DNA from: an uncultured delta proteobacterium
Lineage (GTDB): Bacteria > Desulfobacterota > Binatia > HRBIN30 > BPIQ01
Direction: 5' to 3'
Assembly: GCA_963761335.1 (NCBI GenBank)
Contig: CAVXGR010000017.1
Span: forward strand, 96,001 to 160,000
Length of the DNA stretch: 64,000 bases
How positions within the stretch are numbered: position 1 is the first letter of the stretch; each line of letters opens with the position of its first letter. Shown here piece after piece: positions 9,369 to 23,531 of the stretch. Position numbers and translations under genes: made by a program. Under the pieces are notes generated by a model. It worked only from the letters and a program-made list of their open reading frames with translations. It made no database searches and had not been told where the DNA came from.

Positions 9369-10067
9369 ATGTCTGCGCCGGTGTGCGTGGTCACCGGAGT
9401 GGGGCCGGGAAACGGCGCCGCCTTCTCGCGCCGATTCGCCGCCGACGGCTATCGCGTCGCCATGATGGCGCGCTCCGAGGAGCGCCTGCACGCCCTGGAA
9501 AAGGAGATTTCCGGCACGCGCGGCTACGCCGTCGATGTCGGCGATCCCGAGGCCGTGCGCCAGACCTTCGCGCGCCTTCGCGGGGATCTGGGGCCGGTGA
9601 AGGTGCTGGTGCACAATGCCGGCAGCGGCGTCTTCAGCGACTTCATGAACACCACCGTGGAGAGCCTCGAGCAGGCCTGGCGCACCAACACCCTGGCGCT
9701 CCTGGTGTGCGGCCAGGAGGCGGCGCGCGACATGGCCGACGGGGGCGGCAGCATCGTGGTGATCGGGGCCACCGCCTCGCTGCGCGGCGGCGCCAACTTC
9801 GCGCCCTTCGCCTCGGCGAAGGCGGCGCAGCGCTCGCTGGCGCAGTCGATGGCCCGCAGCCTCGGCTCCCAGGGTATCCATGTCGCCTACGTGGTCATCG
9901 ACGGCGTGATCGACCTCCCTCGCACGCGACAGATGATGCCCAACAAGCCCGAGGAGTCTTTCCTGCAGCCCGACGACATCGCCGATGCGGTGTCGATGCT
10001 GGTGCGGCAGAAGCCCTCCGCATGGACCTTCGAGCTCGACGTCCGCCCCTTCTGCGAGAAGTGGTAG
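9369..10067 (+). CDS. Short-chain dehydrogenase/reductase (Phe in place of catalytic Tyr)
   Basis: TGVGPGNG, HNAG, GATASLRG, FASAK, IHVAYVVIDG, WTFELDVRP. Confidence 0.9.
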   Translation: MSAPVCVVTGVGPGNGAAFSRRFAADGYRVAMMARSEERLHALEKEISGTRGYAVDVGDPEAVRQTFARLRGDLGPVKVLVHNAGSGVFSDFMNTTVESLEQAWRTNTLALLVCGQEAARDMADGGGSIVVIGATASLRGGANFAPFASAKAAQRSLAQSMARSLGSQGIHVAYVVIDGVIDLPRTRQMMPNKPEESFLQPDDIADAVSMLVRQKPSAWTFELDVRPFCEKW

Positions 10068-10139
10068 GCGCGGCGGCCGCTGTCGGAGGCGGTCGCCGCC
10101 CTGATGCATGCGGGCTGCGCCTCCCCACTTCGCTAAGTC

Positions 10140-10625
10140 CTACAGTAGCTCGTTGAGCACATCTTCCACGTCGGTTGTCCAGCGGTCTCCCGCCACCACG
10201 ACCTTCTGCGACAACCGACCAGGGCAGGACGCGTGTGGATCGAGGTCCCCGGTTGCGACAAAACGAAAGTCCCAGGCTTCGCTGATCGGGTGCAGGCAAG
10301 CTGCGAGCACCTCGAATTGCGAGGCCTTGTAGTAGCGGCTGCAAGGGTCGTTCTTCGAGGCTCTGGTCTTCTGAAAATCGACGCGTGGACCCTGGGGTGA
10401 TCGATTGCGGAGGACATTCTTGCATTCGATCCGGAACAGCCGATCCTTGTACACAAGCTCAAAGTCAGGCTTGCCGTCCTCATCGATCGCTGTCACGCGC
10501 GACAGCGTGGGTATGGTCTTAAGGTGCTCGCCGAGATGGTGCTCGGCTACGGCACCGAACACCGCGGCGCGCAAGCGGAACGCCCCGTCGATCGGGGCCG
10601 ATGACTCAGCGATAAGCCGTGTCAT
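10140..10625 (-). pseudogene. PD-(D/E)xK nuclease domain, probably a truncated restriction-endonuclease remnant
   Basis: GKPDFELVYKDRLFRIECKN catalytic motif; more A/T-ending codons than neighbours; start overlaps the upstream gene end; no methylase nearby. Confidence 0.55.
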
Positions 10626-11550
10626 TCACGCCTTCGCCGCGGAGGGCCTGGCGCATGCCGGGGATCTGCATGGCGCTGGTTGCGGCGGCGACCGCAAATC
10701 CGAGCGGCAGCTCGTACCAAGCGACATCGTAGTAGCGCCTGAGCCACAGTAGCCGTGCGCTGCTGCGGGCCATGGTAATGGCGGCAAAAATGGGAATGGA
10801 TGCCGGGCCGAGCTGGAGCAGCCAGGCGAGTCGCGCCTGCGAAGGCGTCTGGCGGATAGCAATGGTGGCCCAGCCGGCATTGCGCGAAATGTCGCGTTCC
10901 ATGCTCCATCCGCCGAAGGCGTGAACGACGCCCGCTCCGGGCTCGAACCAGAGGCGCCTGCCGTCGCGCATGAGGGACCCGGCTAGGAGACCCGCCACGA
11001 AGGGGTTGTCGCTCTCCGGGAAGGGGTGAAGCAGCAGGGCGTCCCGGCGGAAGGCAGCGTTGTTGCCGGAGATGTGATGATTCGGACCCGCGACGCCGCG
11101 GTCGACATAGGAGCGCGACAGCAGCGCCAGAATCCGTTCGAGCGCGGTGGCGCTGCCGTACATTGTGCGTCCGCTCACCGCCACGACGTCATTGCTCTTT
11201 GCAAAGGGCGCGGTGAGGGCGCGCAGCCAGTCGCGATCCGGGACGCAGTCCGCGTCGAGAAAGGCGATGATCTCGGCCCGCGCCTCGCGGATGCCGTGAT
11301 TGCGCAGTCCGAAGGAGGTCTCTGCGGGCGAGAAGACGACCCGCGCCCCCGGGAGCATTTCGGTCAGATCGGCCGGCACACGGTCCCGAAAGCGGGCGCT
11401 CTCCATCACCAAGCACTCGAGCGTCCCGGCGAAAGTCTGGTGCGCCAGTGCCTCGAGCGACGCGCGCAGCCCGTCGAAGGTCTCGAGGGAACCGGCGGCG
11501 TAGTCCGCGAGGACCACTACGCTGAGCTCCGGCTTCAATTCTTCCGCCAT
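10606..11550 (-). CDS. Glycosyltransferase family 2
   Basis: LSVVVL, RNHGIREARAEIIAFLDADCVPDRDWL (DxD), SGNNAAFRR. Confidence 0.9.
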   Translation of the reverse strand: MAEELKPELSVVVLADYAAGSLETFDGLRASLEALAHQTFAGTLECLVMESARFRDRVPADLTEMLPGARVVFSPAETSFGLRNHGIREARAEIIAFLDADCVPDRDWLRALTAPFAKSNDVVAVSGRTMYGSATALERILALLSRSYVDRGVAGPNHHISGNNAAFRRDALLLHPFPESDNPFVAGLLAGSLMRDGRRLWFEPGAGVVHAFGGWSMERDISRNAGWATIAIRQTPSQARLAWLLQLGPASIPIFAAITMARSSARLLWLRRYYDVAWYELPLGFAVAAATSAMQIPGMRQALRGEGVNDTAYR

Positions 11551-11552
11551 GA

Positions 11553-11933
11553 TCACCGCCGGTCGACGATCAGCTCGATCACGTGGCCGTCGGGGTCCTT
11601 GACCCACATCTGGCCGCTCTCGCGGCTGGTCTCGAGCACCTCGAGGCCGCGCTCGCGCAGGTGGGCGAGGGCGCTCTCGTAATCGGCGATGCCGAAGGCG
11701 GCGTGGCGGCCCATGGGGTTGAGCGACTCCGGCGGAGCGCCGACGTCGACGCCCTCGGGCGCTTGGATGAGATGCACCTCGCAGGGGCCCGCCTGGTACC
11801 AGACTCCGGGAAAGCCGAAGTCGGGGCGCGGCTTCTGGCGCAGGCCGAGTACGCCTTCGTAAAACTCGCGGGAGCGCTGCAGGTCGCGGACGGGAAACGA
11901 CATGTGGTGGGCGCCGGTGAGTGTCAGGGACAT
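11553..11933 (-). CDS. VOC/glyoxalase family protein
   Basis: HHMSFPVRDLQRSREFYEGVLGL, GRHAAF, WVKDPDGHVIEL; GGAGG RBS. Confidence 0.92.
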   Translation of the reverse strand: MSLTLTGAHHMSFPVRDLQRSREFYEGVLGLRQKPRPDFGFPGVWYQAGPCEVHLIQAPEGVDVGAPPESLNPMGRHAAFGIADYESALAHLRERGLEVLETSRESGQMWVKDPDGHVIELIVDRR

Positions 11934-11967
11934 CGGGTATCCTCCAGGAATTGTTGCGAAGCCGCTC

Positions 11968-12900
11968 TCAGGCGGGGGCCTGGCTGCGCCGCAGCGCCTC
12001 GGCTTCGATGAAGATGTTGGTGACCTCGGGGTACTCGCGGCGCACGCTGGCCTCGACGCGGTCGACGGCCGCGGCAACCTCATCGCTGGAAATGCGCGGC
12101 TTGAACTCCAAATCCAGGTTGAGGAGGATCTGCCGCGGGGCGAGGTGCATGGTCAGCGTGCGCCGCACGCGCTCGACGGCGGGGTCCGACTCGGCGAGCT
12201 GGCGGATGCGGAGTACGGTTCGCGGATCGGCGCTCTCGCCGACCAGCAGCCCCCGCGTCTCGATGGCGAGGAACACTGCCACCGCGGCCAGCACCACGCC
12301 GATGCCGATGGAGGCGCAGCCGTCGAGACGCGGATCGCCGAGACGCAGCGAGAGATAGATGCCCAGGAAGGCGATGGCGATGCCGACGATGGCGGCGAAG
12401 TCCTCCCCCAGCACCGTGAAGATCGCAGGGTCCTTGCTGTTGTGCAGCGCCCGCCAGAAAGGCTCTCCGGGGTGGCGGGCGCGGAACTGGCGAAAGGCGA
12501 TGGTGAAGGAGGCCCCCTCGGCGATGACGGCGATCCCCAGGACGGCGTAGCTCCAGATCGGGTTGCGGATCTCCTCCGGGTTCGCGATGTGGGCGATGCC
12601 CTCGTACACGGACATGCCGCCCCCGAGCCCGAAGAGGAGAATGGCGACGATGAGGCTCCAGAAGTAGAGCTCCTTGCCATGGCCGAAAGGATGCATCTCG
12701 TCCGCGGGGCGCTGACTGCGGTGGATGCCGAGCAGCAGCAGCACCTCGTTGCCGGTGTCGACGACCGAGTGAATCCCCTCGGAGAGCATCGCGGAGCTGC
12801 CGGTGACGAAGGCGGCGACGAACTTGCTGATGGCGATCAGCAGGTTCGCGGCCATGGCGCCGTATACGGCGATCGGCTTCTCCGAGGAGCTGCCGGGCAT
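11968..12900 (-). CDS. Cation diffusion facilitator (CDF) transporter
   Basis: TGSSAMLSEGIHSVVDTGN, HPFGHGKELYFW, EDFAA motifs; multiple TM helices. Confidence 0.93.
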   Translation of the reverse strand: MPGSSSEKPIAVYGAMAANLLIAISKFVAAFVTGSSAMLSEGIHSVVDTGNEVLLLLGIHRSQRPADEMHPFGHGKELYFWSLIVAILLFGLGGGMSVYEGIAHIANPEEIRNPIWSYAVLGIAVIAEGASFTIAFRQFRARHPGEPFWRALHNSKDPAIFTVLGEDFAAIVGIAIAFLGIYLSLRLGDPRLDGCASIGIGVVLAAVAVFLAIETRGLLVGESADPRTVLRIRQLAESDPAVERVRRTLTMHLAPRQILLNLDLEFKPRISSDEVAAAVDRVEASVRREYPEVTNIFIEAEALRRSQAPA

Positions 12901-12955
12901 GGGCGTCAGTCATCCGCCAGCAGCAGCGGCGCGTCAAGGCGCAAAAGCTGGGAGC

Positions 12956-13070
12956 GCGGGAGCGGGGACAGCGGGAGCGGGGACAGCGGGAGCGGGGACA
13001 GGCACCTTTTCGGCGGGTGGCGACGCCTCATGACCCGTCACCTTCCTGCGCCGAAAAGGAGCCCGTCCCC
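12956..13070. repeat. GGGGACAGGC element copy 2, preceded by a 15-bp triplication
   Basis: (GCGGGAGCGGGGACA)x3 at 12956-13000; arms 12994-13015 and 13049-13070; 33-nt loop. Confidence 0.9.
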
Positions 13071-14926
13071 ATTGTCTCCGCAATCACCGCTCCCGGCCGC
13101 TCAAATCGCACGACCGTCTCAGTGCCCTCCGTCTCGAGCTGTATCGGGGCCGCGTCGGACACAAAGCGCTCCTCCTCCGTGGTCAGCAGTGCCGACCACC
13201 TCTCACCGGCAAGCCGGACGGCACCCCTGCCGCGCAGCTGCACGACCACTGCCAACTCCGCGCCGCTGCGCTCTCGTCGCCGCAGGACGAGCGCGTCGTT
13301 GCCGACAGCGTCGGCGCTGAAGCCGCTCCAGCCGTCTGCGGCCAGGAGCGGATGACCGCGGCGCAGGCGCAGCAACTCGGTGTAGAGCCGCCGCACGCCG
13401 GCGTGTGGCTCGCTCTCCGCTTCCGCCCAGTCGAGGCGGCTGCGCCGGAAGGTCTCCTCCGCTTGCGGATCGGGAATGCGCTCGCGTACCTCCAGGTCCG
13501 AGAAGGCGGAGAAGTGCCGGAACTCGCGCCGGCGGCCCTCCGTCACCAGCTTGCCCAGCTCGGGGTTGTGGTCGGTGAAGTAGAGAAACGGCGCGCTCGC
13601 CGCCCACTCCTGTCCCATGAACAGCAGCGGCGTCTCCGGAGCGCAGAGCAGCAACGCCGAGGCGGCGCGAAAGGCGGCGGGCTCGATCTGCTGATGGAGC
13701 CGCTCGCCGAAGGCGCGGTTGCCGACCTGGTCGTGGTTCTGCAGACAGATGACCAGCTGCTCGGGCGACAGCCGCGCCGGATCGGTGCCGCGCGGTCCGC
13801 CGCCGTGCGCCGAGTGTTGGCCGCAGAAGAACCAGCCGCGCCGCAGCGTGGTCGCCAGATCGGCGGCGGAGCCGCTGAAATCCTGGAAGTAGCCCTCGCT
13901 GTCGCCGGCGAGCCCGCGCCGCACCTGATGGTGGAAGTCGTCCGCCCAGACGGCGTCGAGCCCCCAGCCGCCGGCCGAGCGCGGCCCGATCATCTCCGCG
14001 AGGTTGCGGTGGTCCTCGGCGATCAGCAGGTGATGCTGCCCGCGCCGCGCTCCGCCGCTTGCCGCGTCCCGTACGGCCTGCGCCAGCTCGTCCAGAAAGT
14101 GGACGGGGCTGTCGTCGATCAGCGCGTGGGTGGCGTCCAGGCGCAGGCCGTCGATGTGGTACTCGCGCAGCCAGTGCAGGGCATTGTCGATCAGGAAGCG
14201 GCGCACCATGCGACTGTGCGGGCCGTCGAGGTTCACCGCCGCGCCCCAGGGAGTCTGGTGGCGCTCGGTGAAGTAGTAGGGGCTGAAGGTCCCCAGATAA
14301 TTTCCGTCCGGGCCGAGGTGGTTGTAGACGACGTCGAGAATCACGGCGAGACCGAGACCGTGCGCCGCGTCGACCAGCCGTCGCAGGTCGTCCGGAGGGC
14401 CGTAGCAACGCGCCGGCGCGAACAGGTCGACGCCGTCGTAGCCCCAGTTGCGCCGCCCGGGAAAGTCGGCGACCGGCATGATCTCCACGGCGGTGACGCC
14501 GAGGTCGTGCAGGTCCGACAGGCGCTCGGCGGCAGCGGCAAAGGTACCCCCGGGCGTGAAGGTGCCGACGTGCAGCTCGTAGATCACCGCGTCGCCCAGG
14601 GCGATGCCGCGCCACTCGCCGTCCGACCAGGCGAAGCTCTGTCCGTCGACGACCGCGGAAGAGCCGTGTACACCGTCGGGCTGGAAGCGGGAGGCGGGAT
14701 CCGGGAAAGCCGCGCCGCCATCCAGCCGATATCGGTAGCGCGCCCCGGCGCCGGCGCCCGCGACGAGGCCCTCGAAGACGCCGTCGGCGTTCTTGCGCAG
14801 CGGCAGCAGCGCCTCCGGGTCGGCATCGAGAACCACTTCGACCCTCTGGTGCTCCGGGGCCCAGACGCGGAAGAGCGTGTCGCGGGCGTTGGCGTGGGCG
14901 CCGAAGAACGGCTCTCTGGGGTTCAC
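13028..14926 (-). CDS. treZ: Malto-oligosyltrehalose trehalohydrolase (GH13)
   Basis: [71 protein letters not shown] start overlaps the glgB stop (GTGA). Confidence 0.93.
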   Translation of the reverse strand: MNPREPFFGAHANARDTLFRVWAPEHQRVEVVLDADPEALLPLRKNADGVFEGLVAGAGAGARYRYRLDGGAAFPDPASRFQPDGVHGSSAVVDGQSFAWSDGEWRGIALGDAVIYELHVGTFTPGGTFAAAAERLSDLHDLGVTAVEIMPVADFPGRRNWGYDGVDLFAPARCYGPPDDLRRLVDAAHGLGLAVILDVVYNHLGPDGNYLGTFSPYYFTERHQTPWGAAVNLDGPHSRMVRRFLIDNALHWLREYHIDGLRLDATHALIDDSPVHFLDELAQAVRDAASGGARRGQHHLLIAEDHRNLAEMIGPRSAGGWGLDAVWADDFHHQVRRGLAGDSEGYFQDFSGSAADLATTLRRGWFFCGQHSAHGGGPRGTDPARLSPEQLVICLQNHDQVGNRAFGERLHQQIEPAAFRAASALLLCAPETPLLFMGQEWAASAPFLYFTDHNPELGKLVTEGRRREFRHFSAFSDLEVRERIPDPQAEETFRRSRLDWAEAESEPHAGVRRLYTELLRLRRGHPLLAADGWSGFSADAVGNDALVLRRRERSGAELAVVVQLRGRGAVRLAGERWSALLTTEEERFVSDAAPIQLETEGTETVVRFERPGAVIAETMGTGSFSAQEGDGS

Positions 14927-16839
14927 TTCTTGAACACGACCATCCCCAGCGGCGGCAGGGTGACGTTGATCGACTGCGCGTGCCCGTGCCAGGCGATCGG
15001 CGCGGTGTTGACACCGCCGACGTTTCCCTGGCCGCTGCCGCCGTACAGCTGCGCGTCGCTGTTGAGAACCTCGCGCCAGAAGCCGTCCGACGGCACGCCG
15101 ATGCGGTAGTTGTGCCGGGGTATCGGGGTGAAGTTGCAGCCGACCACCAGGACCTCGTTTGGTGACTTGCCGCGCCGCAGAAAGGTGAGGGTGCTCTGCT
15201 CGGCGTCGTTGCAGTCGATCCAGGAGAAACCGCCGGGATCGGTGTCGAGCTCGTGCATCCCCGGCTCGCCGCGGTAGAAGGTGTTGAGGTCGCGCACCCA
15301 GCGCTGCATGCCGCGGTGGCTCTCGAACTGCAGCAGGTGCCACTCGATGCTGCCCTCGTGGCTCCACTCCGCCCACTGCGCGATCTCGCCTCCCATGAAC
15401 AGCAGCTTCTTGCCCGGCTGCGCGTACATGTAGCCGAAGAGCAGGCGCAGATTGGCGAACTTCTGCCAGTAGTCGCCGGGCATCTTCCCCAGCAGCGAGC
15501 CTTTGCCGTAGACGACCTCGTCGTGCGAGAGCGGCATGACGAAGTGCTCGCTGAAGGCATAGACCATACGGAAGGACAGCTCTCCGTGGTGGTGCCGCCG
15601 GTGAATCGGATCGCGCGACATGTATAGCAAGGTGTCGTGCATCCAGCCCATGTCCCATTTCATTCCGAAGCCGAGACCGCCGACGTACGTCGGCCGCGAT
15701 ACCATCGGCCACGCGGTCGATTCCTCGGCGATCGTCTGGATGCCGGGATGGCTGCGATACGCCTCGGTGTTGAACTCGCGCAAAAAGCTGATCGCCTCCA
15801 GGTTCTCGCGCCCGCCGTGGACGTTGGGGATCCACTCTCCTTCCTGCCGCGAGTAGTCGAGGTAGAGCATGGAGGCAACGGCGTCCACGCGCAGGCCGTC
15901 GATGTGATACTGGCTCAGCCAGAAGAGGGCGTTGCTGATGAGGAAGGCGCGCACCTCGTTGCGGCCGTAGTTGAAGATGAAGCTGTTCCAGTCCGGGTGA
16001 AATCCCTGGCGCGGATCGCCGTGCTCGTACAGATGCGTGCCGTCGAAGAATCCGAGCCCGTGCTCGTCGGTGGGGAAATGCGATGGCACCCAGTCGAGGA
16101 TGACGCCGATGCCGCGCTGGTGCAGGTGGTCGATCAGGTACATCAGGTCCTGAGGCGTGCCGTAGCGGCTGGTCGGCGCGTAGAAGCCGGTGGTCTGGTA
16201 TCCCCACGAGCCGTAGAACGGATGCTCCGTCAGCGGCAGGAACTCGATGTGAGTGAATCCCATGTCGTGGGCGTAGTCGGCGAGCAGCGGCGCCAGCTCG
16301 CGATAGGTGAGGTGTCGGTTCTCCTCCTCGGGCACGCGCCGCCACGAGCCGAGATGGATCTCGTAGATGGAGATCGGCGCCTCCAGCGAGCCGCGCTGCT
16401 CGCGGGTCTCCATCCAGCCCTGGTCCCCCCACGCATAGTCGAGCGGCCAGACCTGCGAGCCGGTGCGCGGCGGTACCTCGGTGTGGAAGGCGAAGGGATC
16501 GGCCTTGTCGGCGGCGTAGCCCTGGAAGCGCGAGGAGACGCGATACTTGTACTTTGCGCCGCCGCCGACGCCCGCGATCGCCCCTTCCCAGATGCCGGAG
16601 CTGCCGCGCGGACGGAGCGGATGCCGGCTCTTGTCCCAGCCGTTGAAATCGCCCATCACACAGACGCGCTCCGCGTTCGGAGCCCAGACCGCAAAGTAGG
16701 TTCCCTCCGTACCGTCGACGCTCACCGGGTGGGACCCGAGCTTCTCGTAGAGCCGAAAATGCTTGCCCTCGTTGAACAGGTGCAGGTCCTGGTCTCCGAG
16801 GAGACTCACGTCGGTGCGTACGGAAGCGATATCGTTCAT
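14923..16839 (-). CDS. glgB: 1,4-alpha-glucan branching enzyme
   Basis: [57 protein letters not shown]. Confidence 0.97.
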   Translation of the reverse strand: MNDIASVRTDVSLLGDQDLHLFNEGKHFRLYEKLGSHPVSVDGTEGTYFAVWAPNAERVCVMGDFNGWDKSRHPLRPRGSSGIWEGAIAGVGGGAKYKYRVSSRFQGYAADKADPFAFHTEVPPRTGSQVWPLDYAWGDQGWMETREQRGSLEAPISIYEIHLGSWRRVPEEENRHLTYRELAPLLADYAHDMGFTHIEFLPLTEHPFYGSWGYQTTGFYAPTSRYGTPQDLMYLIDHLHQRGIGVILDWVPSHFPTDEHGLGFFDGTHLYEHGDPRQGFHPDWNSFIFNYGRNEVRAFLISNALFWLSQYHIDGLRVDAVASMLYLDYSRQEGEWIPNVHGGRENLEAISFLREFNTEAYRSHPGIQTIAEESTAWPMVSRPTYVGGLGFGMKWDMGWMHDTLLYMSRDPIHRRHHHGELSFRMVYAFSEHFVMPLSHDEVVYGKGSLLGKMPGDYWQKFANLRLLFGYMYAQPGKKLLFMGGEIAQWAEWSHEGSIEWHLLQFESHRGMQRWVRDLNTFYRGEPGMHELDTDPGGFSWIDCNDAEQSTLTFLRRGKSPNEVLVVGCNFTPIPRHNYRIGVPSDGFWREVLNSDAQLYGGSGQGNVGGVNTAPIAWHGHAQSINVTLPPLGMVVFKK

Positions 16840-16879
16840 GGTTCTCCTTTGAGGCGAGGCGGACGACGGTCCGCGTCGC

Positions 16880-20230
<3,351 letters not shown>

Positions 20231-20244
20231 GGGCGCGGTTTTCC

Positions 20245-22254
20245 TCACATGAAGTAGTCGAAGTCGCGCTCCGTGCGCACGCGGCGGCGGACGCGGAAGA
20301 CGTGGGCGGGTGAGGCGTGGGGCTCGAGGGCGACGTAGTTGTGGGCGCCGTGCCAGAGATAGCGCGCGTCGCTCAGCAGGTCGTGCACCTGGTAGGAGGC
20401 GTCGGCCTCGAGACCGATCTCGGCCAGGGGAACGTCCACCCACCCGGTCTGCTGGTGGTGCGGATCGAGGTTGACGACGATCAGCAGCACGTTGTCCAGG
20501 TCCGGCGTCGTCCTCGAATAGAAGAGCAGCTGGTCGTTGTCGACCGGGTGGAAGCGCAGGCGTTCGTCATAGTGCAGAGCCGGGTTCTGCTTGCGGATCT
20601 CGTTGACGCGCTGCACGAAGGCGCGGATGTTCCCGGGGCGATCGAGATCCCAGTGGCGGATCTGGTACTTCTCGGAGTCGCGGTAGTCCTCGGTGCCCGG
20701 GATCGCCTGCAGCTCGCAGAGCTCGTACGGCGGCCCGTAGATGCCGTAGCTGCCGCCCAGCGTGGCGGCCAGCAGCAGCCGGATCATGTGTGCCGGGCGG
20801 CCGCCACTCTGCAGGTACTCGTGGAAGATGTCCGGCGTGTTGGCGAAGAGGTTCGGGCGCATGTACCAGTGCGACGGCGACTGCGTCAGCTCGGTGAAGT
20901 ACTCGATCAGCTCCGCCTTGGTGTTGCGCCAGGTGAAGTAGCTGTACGATTGCGAGAAGCCGCTCTTGGCGAGGTGGCGCATCACCTTCGGCCGGGTGAA
21001 GGCCTCGGAGAGAAAGACAGCCTCCGGCCGGCGGGCGCGCGTTTCGGCGATCAGCCACTCCCAGAAGGCGAAGGGCTTCGTGTGCGGGTTGTCGACGCGG
21101 AAGATGGTGACGCCGTGATCGGCCCAGAAGAGGACGACGCGCAGCATCTCCTCCCAGAGCCCCCGCCAGTCCTCGCTGTCGAAGTTCAGAGGATAGATGT
21201 CCTGGTACTTCTTCGGCGGGTTCTCGGCGTACTGGATGGTGCCGTCCGGGCGCCAGCGGAACCACTGCGGGTGCTCCTTCACATAGGGATGGTCGGGGGC
21301 GCACTGGAAGGCGATGTCGAGCGCCACCTCCATGCCGAGCTCGGCGGCGCGGCGCACGAAGGCGTCGAAGTCCGCGAGCGTGCCGAGCTGTGGGTGCACC
21401 GCCGTATGGCCGCCCTCGGCCGAGCCGATGGCCCAGGGGCTCCCCGGGTCGTCGGCACCGGCGCCGGCGGTGTTGTTCGGGCCCTTGCGGTGCGAGCTGC
21501 CGATGGGATGGATGGGGGGCAGGTAGACGACGTCGAAGCCCATCGAGGCGATGTAGTCGAGACGCGCCTCACAGTCCTTGAAGGTGCCGTGGCCCCCGGG
21601 CGCCGGCGCGCAGGAGCGCGGGAACATCTCGTACCAGGCGCCGAAGCGGGCCCGCTCGCGCTCGACGACGATGCCGAGGACGCGCGGGTAGCGGGTCGCC
21701 TGGCTGCGGTCGGGATGGCGGGCCATCGCCTCGAGCAGCTCCGCCGCGAGCGCCACCGGTATGCGCTCTTCCTGATCCGCGGAGCTGGCGAGGGTGTTCG
21801 CCTGCTGCTGCAGCCACTCCGCGTCTTCGCCGCCGGCGCGCGCCGCCGCCTGTCGCACCATCTCGGTGCCCTCGAGCAGCTCGCTGGAGACGGTCTGCCC
21901 GGCGGCGACCTTCTTCTGCAGCCCGTCGCGCCACGACGAGAAGTGATCGACCCAGGCCTCGATGGTGTACTCGAACAGCCCGAGCCCCGGCAGGGGAAAG
22001 GCACCGGTCCAGCGGTCGTTCACCAGCGGTAGCATCGGCGTCTCCCGCCACGTCTCCTCGCCCTTGCGGCGGAAGCGCAGGGCGGCGCTCAGCCGGTCGT
22101 GCCCCTCGGTGAAGATGTCGGCGCCGACCGTCATGACGTCGCCGCGAACGCGCTTGGCGAGGAAGCGGCCGCCGTCGATCTCCGGGTCGATCCCCTCGAT
22201 CACCACCCGCGGCGGCGCCGAGGTCGGGGGTGCGCTGGCTCTCGTCTCCTTCAC
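20245..22254 (-). CDS. glgE: Alpha-1,4-glucan:maltose-1-phosphate maltosyltransferase
   Basis: [65 protein letters not shown] 22254 with GAGGAG RBS (TTG 22269 alternative). Confidence 0.96.
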   Translation of the reverse strand: MKETRASAPPTSAPPRVVIEGIDPEIDGGRFLAKRVRGDVMTVGADIFTEGHDRLSAALRFRRKGEETWRETPMLPLVNDRWTGAFPLPGLGLFEYTIEAWVDHFSSWRDGLQKKVAAGQTVSSELLEGTEMVRQAAARAGGEDAEWLQQQANTLASSADQEERIPVALAAELLEAMARHPDRSQATRYPRVLGIVVERERARFGAWYEMFPRSCAPAPGGHGTFKDCEARLDYIASMGFDVVYLPPIHPIGSSHRKGPNNTAGAGADDPGSPWAIGSAEGGHTAVHPQLGTLADFDAFVRRAAELGMEVALDIAFQCAPDHPYVKEHPQWFRWRPDGTIQYAENPPKKYQDIYPLNFDSEDWRGLWEEMLRVVLFWADHGVTIFRVDNPHTKPFAFWEWLIAETRARRPEAVFLSEAFTRPKVMRHLAKSGFSQSYSYFTWRNTKAELIEYFTELTQSPSHWYMRPNLFANTPDIFHEYLQSGGRPAHMIRLLLAATLGGSYGIYGPPYELCELQAIPGTEDYRDSEKYQIRHWDLDRPGNIRAFVQRVNEIRKQNPALHYDERLRFHPVDNDQLLFYSRTTPDLDNVLLIVVNLDPHHQQTGWVDVPLAEIGLEADASYQVHDLLSDARYLWHGAHNYVALEPHASPAHVFRVRRRVRTERDFDYFM

Positions 22255-22498
22255 CTCTCGGCTCCTCAACTGTTTTCGGGCTGTGATCGAATTCCCTGCA
22301 ATCTCCGCCTCGCCTCCTGAGATTGTCTCGCACGCCCCTGTGCGATCGTCGCAGCGCGCCGGCGCGCCTGTGGCGCAGGCTCGGCCCTGCGCTCATCTGC
22401 CTTTGACTTACTAGGGTGACGGAAGCCGCCCCGAGGCGCAAGCCGAGGGTCAAAACCGAGCCCTCACAAGGGAGGGCGAATCTCCTGCCGAGCCGCCG

Positions 22499-22614
22499 TT
22501 CCCGGTTCTCATTCCGTCGTTATCCGTTGTTCTGCGAGCGGCGTGAGACCGATCAGGCCCGGAGGGTAGCCGGCTGTCAGAGCGAATGGAAAACGACGGA
22601 ACGAGAACCGGGAA
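22499..22614. repeat. 30-bp imperfect inverted repeat upstream of the TA pair
   Basis: TTCCCGGTTCTCATTCCGTCGTTATCCGTT (22499-22528) vs AATGGAAAACGACGGAACGAGAACCGGGAA (22585-22614), 3 mismatches. Confidence 0.85.
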
Positions 22615-22709
22615 TGCCGCTCTGTTCCACGAGCTCGATCTGGTGGCTGGCCCGCCGGCAGTTGTGCCGTCGGAGTGCCCTTTGATACCCTGGCCGCGAA
22701 GGTCGTGCC

Positions 22710-23108
22710 ATGAGCGATGCCGAGGTCATCCGGATCATCCGCGAAGCCGTGCCGGACGTGGTTGCCGTCTATCGGTTCGGCTCGACCGCGAGTGGTCAGA
22801 CGCACACCGAGAGCGACGTCGACCTGGCTTTCCTGGCACAGGGCGCGCTTGCTCCGATCCAGCGCTTCGAGCTGCAGGAGCGTCTGGCGGTTGCCCTGCG
22901 GCGCGACGTTGACCTCGTCGACCTGCGAGCGGCGTCCACCGTCATGCGCATGCAGGTGGTCTCCAAGGGCGCGTTGCTGTTCGCCGCCGATCCACGCGAA
23001 GTGGATCGCTTTGCCGATTACGTTTATTCCGCCTACGCCCGCCTCAACGAGGAGCGCAGGGAGATCCTCGAGCAGGTTCGCCGAGAGGGGACGGTCTATG
23101 GCCGATGA
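22710..23108 (+). CDS. mntA: Minimal nucleotidyltransferase antitoxin (MntA-like)
   Basis: YRFGSTASGQTHTESDVDLA (GSx10DxD), RDVDLVDL. Confidence 0.9.
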   Translation: MSDAEVIRIIREAVPDVVAVYRFGSTASGQTHTESDVDLAFLAQGALAPIQRFELQERLAVALRRDVDLVDLRAASTVMRMQVVSKGALLFAADPREVDRFADYVYSAYARLNEERREILEQVRREGTVYGR

Positions 23109-23502
23109 CGTGATCGTCAACAAAGCCGCCATCATCGAGCGCTGCATCGCGCGCGTGCGGGAGGTGTACGCCGGGGACGATCGCAACCTGTTCGAGGACG
23201 TCACGCGCCAGGACTCGATCCTCCTGAACCTGCAGCGCGCTTGCGAGGCCGCGATCGATCTCGCCATGCACGTCGTGCGGACACGGCACCTCGGAGTTCC
23301 CCAGGAGACCCGGCAGGCATTCGAGCTGCTGCGCGATGCCGATCTTCTGCCGGCAGAGCTGGCGGACCGGATGATGCGCATGGTGGGCTTTCGAAATGTC
23401 GCCATCCACGACTACCGGAGCTTGAACCTCGAGATCGTCAAGAAGATCGTTGTCGCGCGTCTCGAGGACTTCCAGGTGTTTGTCTCTGCGATGCTGCGGT
23501 AA
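23098..23502 (+). CDS. hepT: HEPN RNase toxin (HepT/DUF86)
   Basis: MADDVIVNKAAIIERC, LNLQRACEAAIDLAMH, GFRNVAIHDY (Rx4HxY); overlaps mntA. Confidence 0.9.
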   Translation: MADDVIVNKAAIIERCIARVREVYAGDDRNLFEDVTRQDSILLNLQRACEAAIDLAMHVVRTRHLGVPQETRQAFELLRDADLLPAELADRMMRMVGFRNVAIHDYRSLNLEIVKKIVVARLEDFQVFVSAMLR

Positions 23503-23531
23503 CTTTCTGGCTGACTTGCGGAGGTGAGCTC

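Noticed and set aside
9790..9830. SDR with FxxxK instead of YxxxK as a pseudogene
   Set aside because: This SDR subgroup commonly has Phe here, and the frame is intact
14927..16432. N-terminal 500 aa of the 1134-aa ORF, suggesting a giant TreZ fusion
   Set aside because: Alternative frame over glgB; TreZ homology starts at GTG 14926
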